Positions 61,934 through 64,000 of a stretch of 64,000 nucleotides of DNA are shown one piece after another. Position numbers and translations under genes: made by a program. Below the pieces are notes generated by a model, which was given only the letters and a program-made list of their open reading frames with translations, did not search any database and was not told where the DNA came from. Source of the DNA: Promethearchaeota archaeon. GTDB taxonomy: Archaea > Asgardarchaeota > Lokiarchaeia > Sigyniarchaeales > SOKP01. The stretch's first letter is position 1. Every line of letters begins with the position of its first letter. The stretch is taken from NCBI GenBank assembly GCA_019057865.1, contig JAHLWP010000017.1:16713-80712 (forward strand). The letters are read 5' to 3'.

Positions 61934-62095
61934 ATGTCTAACAAAGAAAAAAAACAAGAAAATGATACCTCTGAAAAAAAAGTAGAAAAAATTTTATACG
62001 GAGTTCATGATAATGCTTGTTTTGCATGCGGAGAAAAGATTAAATGGAACACTATAGTATGTCCTTATTGTAAAACTAAAATTAAATTAGGATGA
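61934..62095 (+). CDS. Small zinc-ribbon protein (53 aa, not in track)
   Basis: MSNKEKK...ACFACGEKI...CPYCKTKI. Confidence 0.7.
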   Translation: MSNKEKKQENDTSEKKVEKILYGVHDNACFACGEKIKWNTIVCPYCKTKIKLG

Positions 62096-62111
62096 AATTA
62101 AATAAGTTATT

Positions 62112-62606
62112 ATGACCCATCGAAATATTCGAAGAAAGCAACTTATTAGTATATGGGTTTTGGTTATTGTTGTATTTACTGTTTTATCCGTTGTTTTATC
62201 GCTTGTGCTTGATTCATATATATGGTTGATCTTAATACCAATTGTATTTCTACTAATTGCTACATTTCAAGCAATGTCTCACTTTTTTTGGATCGCTGAA
62301 AAAATTTGCCCTAGATGTAATGTTCAAACAAGTATATATTCAGAATTCTGCAGAAATTGCGGGTTAAAATTGTTACATAGATGTCCTTCATGTAGGAAAT
62401 ACTTAAGCACTGAAAGACAATTCTGTGATAGTTGTGGGTATGAGTTTAAATATATTGAGGAAGAAAAAGAACCTGTTAAATATGAAGTAGTAGAAGAGGG
62501 TGCTCCTGCACCACAAAAGCCAAACTTTTGTACTTCCTGCGGTGCTAGAATAAAAAGCGAAGAAGAAATTAAATATTGTGAAATGTGTGGAGCAAAAATC
62601 GAATAA
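62112..62606 (+). CDS. Membrane-anchored multi zinc-ribbon (DZR) protein
   Basis: Two N-terminal TMs, six CxxC motifs. Confidence 0.85.
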   Translation: MTHRNIRRKQLISIWVLVIVVFTVLSVVLSLVLDSYIWLILIPIVFLLIATFQAMSHFFWIAEKICPRCNVQTSIYSEFCRNCGLKLLHRCPSCRKYLSTERQFCDSCGYEFKYIEEEKEPVKYEVVEEGAPAPQKPNFCTSCGARIKSEEEIKYCEMCGAKIE

Positions 62607-62617
62607 GTATCTATCTT

Positions 62618-63175
62618 TTACTCAATTTTTTTATTCCTAAATAAAAATGATAATCCAATCCACAAAACTAGATAAATTAAATAATTTCTTGTAAAAATTG
62701 ATAATACTTCTCTATAATATGCTAATTTTAGGAAATATACAGAAAATAACCAAATTGTATTCAAAAGAATAATAAAAGGCGCAAATTTCTGCCTTAATGT
62801 TTCTCTCTTTTTTAATAATAAATATATATCAAGTATTACAGGAATTAGATGAATATAATCCCAGAAAAGAAATATAAAAAAAAATTCATAGGCTACAATT
62901 ATTCCTAATGGTACTATTGAATAAATTAAGAAATTATTTACATATGGATTGTCATGATAAATCAGCCATGCTATTGAAAGAGAGAAGTACCATTGACTTA
63001 TAGTAAAAATCACTATATTAACACCCTCATCTCCATGTTGCCTAACTCCATGCTGAAATGTGTCTAATGGCTGCCACCAATATGGTATTAAAAATTGAAA
63101 AACTAAAGAGATTAGTGTGGCAATCGCAATTTGAATTATTGTTATAGTAAGTAAACTCAATCCGCTGACTTTCAT
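62618..63175 (-). CDS. Multi-pass membrane protein
   Basis: Several hydrophobic segments. Confidence 0.75.
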   Translation of the reverse strand: MKVSGLSLLTITIIQIAIATLISLVFQFLIPYWWQPLDTFQHGVRQHGDEGVNIVIFTISQWYFSLSIAWLIYHDNPYVNNFLIYSIVPLGIIVAYEFFFIFLFWDYIHLIPVILDIYLLLKKRETLRQKFAPFIILLNTIWLFSVYFLKLAYYREVLSIFTRNYLIYLVLWIGLSFLFRNKKIE

Positions 63176-63205
63176 TTTGAATTCAATAAATGAGTACCAA
63201 TCATA

Positions 63206-63835
63206 TCAACTTTGCTTTTTTTCTTTGCAATATTGTACGATTTTTTGAGCATTAACATAGATTTCACTCCCAACACTAGGCTGTTTAAACCGTCCCATTT
63301 TTTTTCTTTCTTCTTTCGGTATTAATTCACCATTAAGATAGAATTCACCATGCTTCCATTTGATGTCTAGATGTAATTCATTTAGACTTATTAGATTCTC
63401 GAATCCTTTGATTTCAGTGAATTTATTTCCCCATAGATATAATTTCTGTAATTTGGTTAGTTTTTCTAATCCTTCTATCTCATAAATTTGATTAAAGGAA
63501 AGTTCTAATCTCTCTAAATTTTCAAGATTATCAAGACCTTTTATTTTAGTTATGAATGGGTTGATACTTAAATTTAAAATTTTTAAATTAGTAAGTTTTT
63601 TAAGCCCTTTAATTTCAGAAATTTGATTCCGACTAAGGTTTAAATTTTCTAAGCTAGTAAGATTATTAAGTGCCTTGATCTCGGTTAATTTATTATTAGA
63701 TAGGTTTAGTTCTTTCAAATTGGTTAGACTCTCGAGACCCTCAATTTCACTAATATCAGTAATCTCTTCTTTTTTTAAAGACAATTTATTTTTCTTTATT
63801 TTAAATTCCTTACCTTTATAAGATACATAACTCAT
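63206..63835 (-). CDS. Leucine-rich repeat protein (SDS22/internalin-like)
   Basis: LxxLxNLxxLNLSxNxIxEIxGL 22-aa repeats; GGTGA RBS before ATG 63835. Confidence 0.92.
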   Translation of the reverse strand: MSYVSYKGKEFKIKKNKLSLKKEEITDISEIEGLESLTNLKELNLSNNKLTEIKALNNLTSLENLNLSRNQISEIKGLKKLTNLKILNLSINPFITKIKGLDNLENLERLELSFNQIYEIEGLEKLTKLQKLYLWGNKFTEIKGFENLISLNELHLDIKWKHGEFYLNGELIPKEERKKMGRFKQPSVGSEIYVNAQKIVQYCKEKKQS

Positions 63836-64000
63836 TTGGTTCACCTAATATAGACCATTTGAATTTCTTAAGTAATTATATAAAGTAAGTAATTATATAA
63901 AAAAAAGTTTTTTTTAAGTTTTGTTTTGTTTCTCTTTTTTTTTATTTAGTATTCAAGTATTTATTTTTTTTTCTATTATTTTCCGTGTTCGGAGAGCCGA

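Noticed and set aside
63980-64000. GC-rich end of window as the edge of an RNA gene
   Set aside because: Only about 20 nt are visible, too little to assign

Overview
AT-rich archaeal chromosome segment, most consistent with Asgard archaea (Lokiarchaeia). It carries archaeal housekeeping genes (proS, TFB, proteasome beta, histone, eS30, NOG1, asd, MfnE/MfnF) together with eukaryote-signature-like proteins: two longin-like proteins, a two-domain gelsolin, a RING protein, a HEAT/PCI-like protein, an MIT-like protein and EMC3/TMCO1. Main observations: (1) Two tandem selenophosphate synthetase (selD) genes are truncated in the ORF track. Each has an in-frame TGA at the catalytic Sec site and a eukaryote-type SECIS directly after the stop, extended by a conserved, covarying GCGA hairpin. 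(2) A ~9.7 kb decayed island (23.0-32.8 kb) contains three partial copies of the DUF2695-gene/gelsolin-3'-end junction, suggesting nested integration at the 3' end of the gelsolin gene. (3) A second small island (15.4-19.1 kb) is bounded by gene stubs. Each island carries an orphan family-5 ABC solute-binding protein. (4) A degenerate non-coding repeat with a 180-bp period lies between the proteasome beta and histone genes. No rRNA, tRNA, CRISPR array or integrase was recognised. All family calls come from motif recognition by eye, not database searches.
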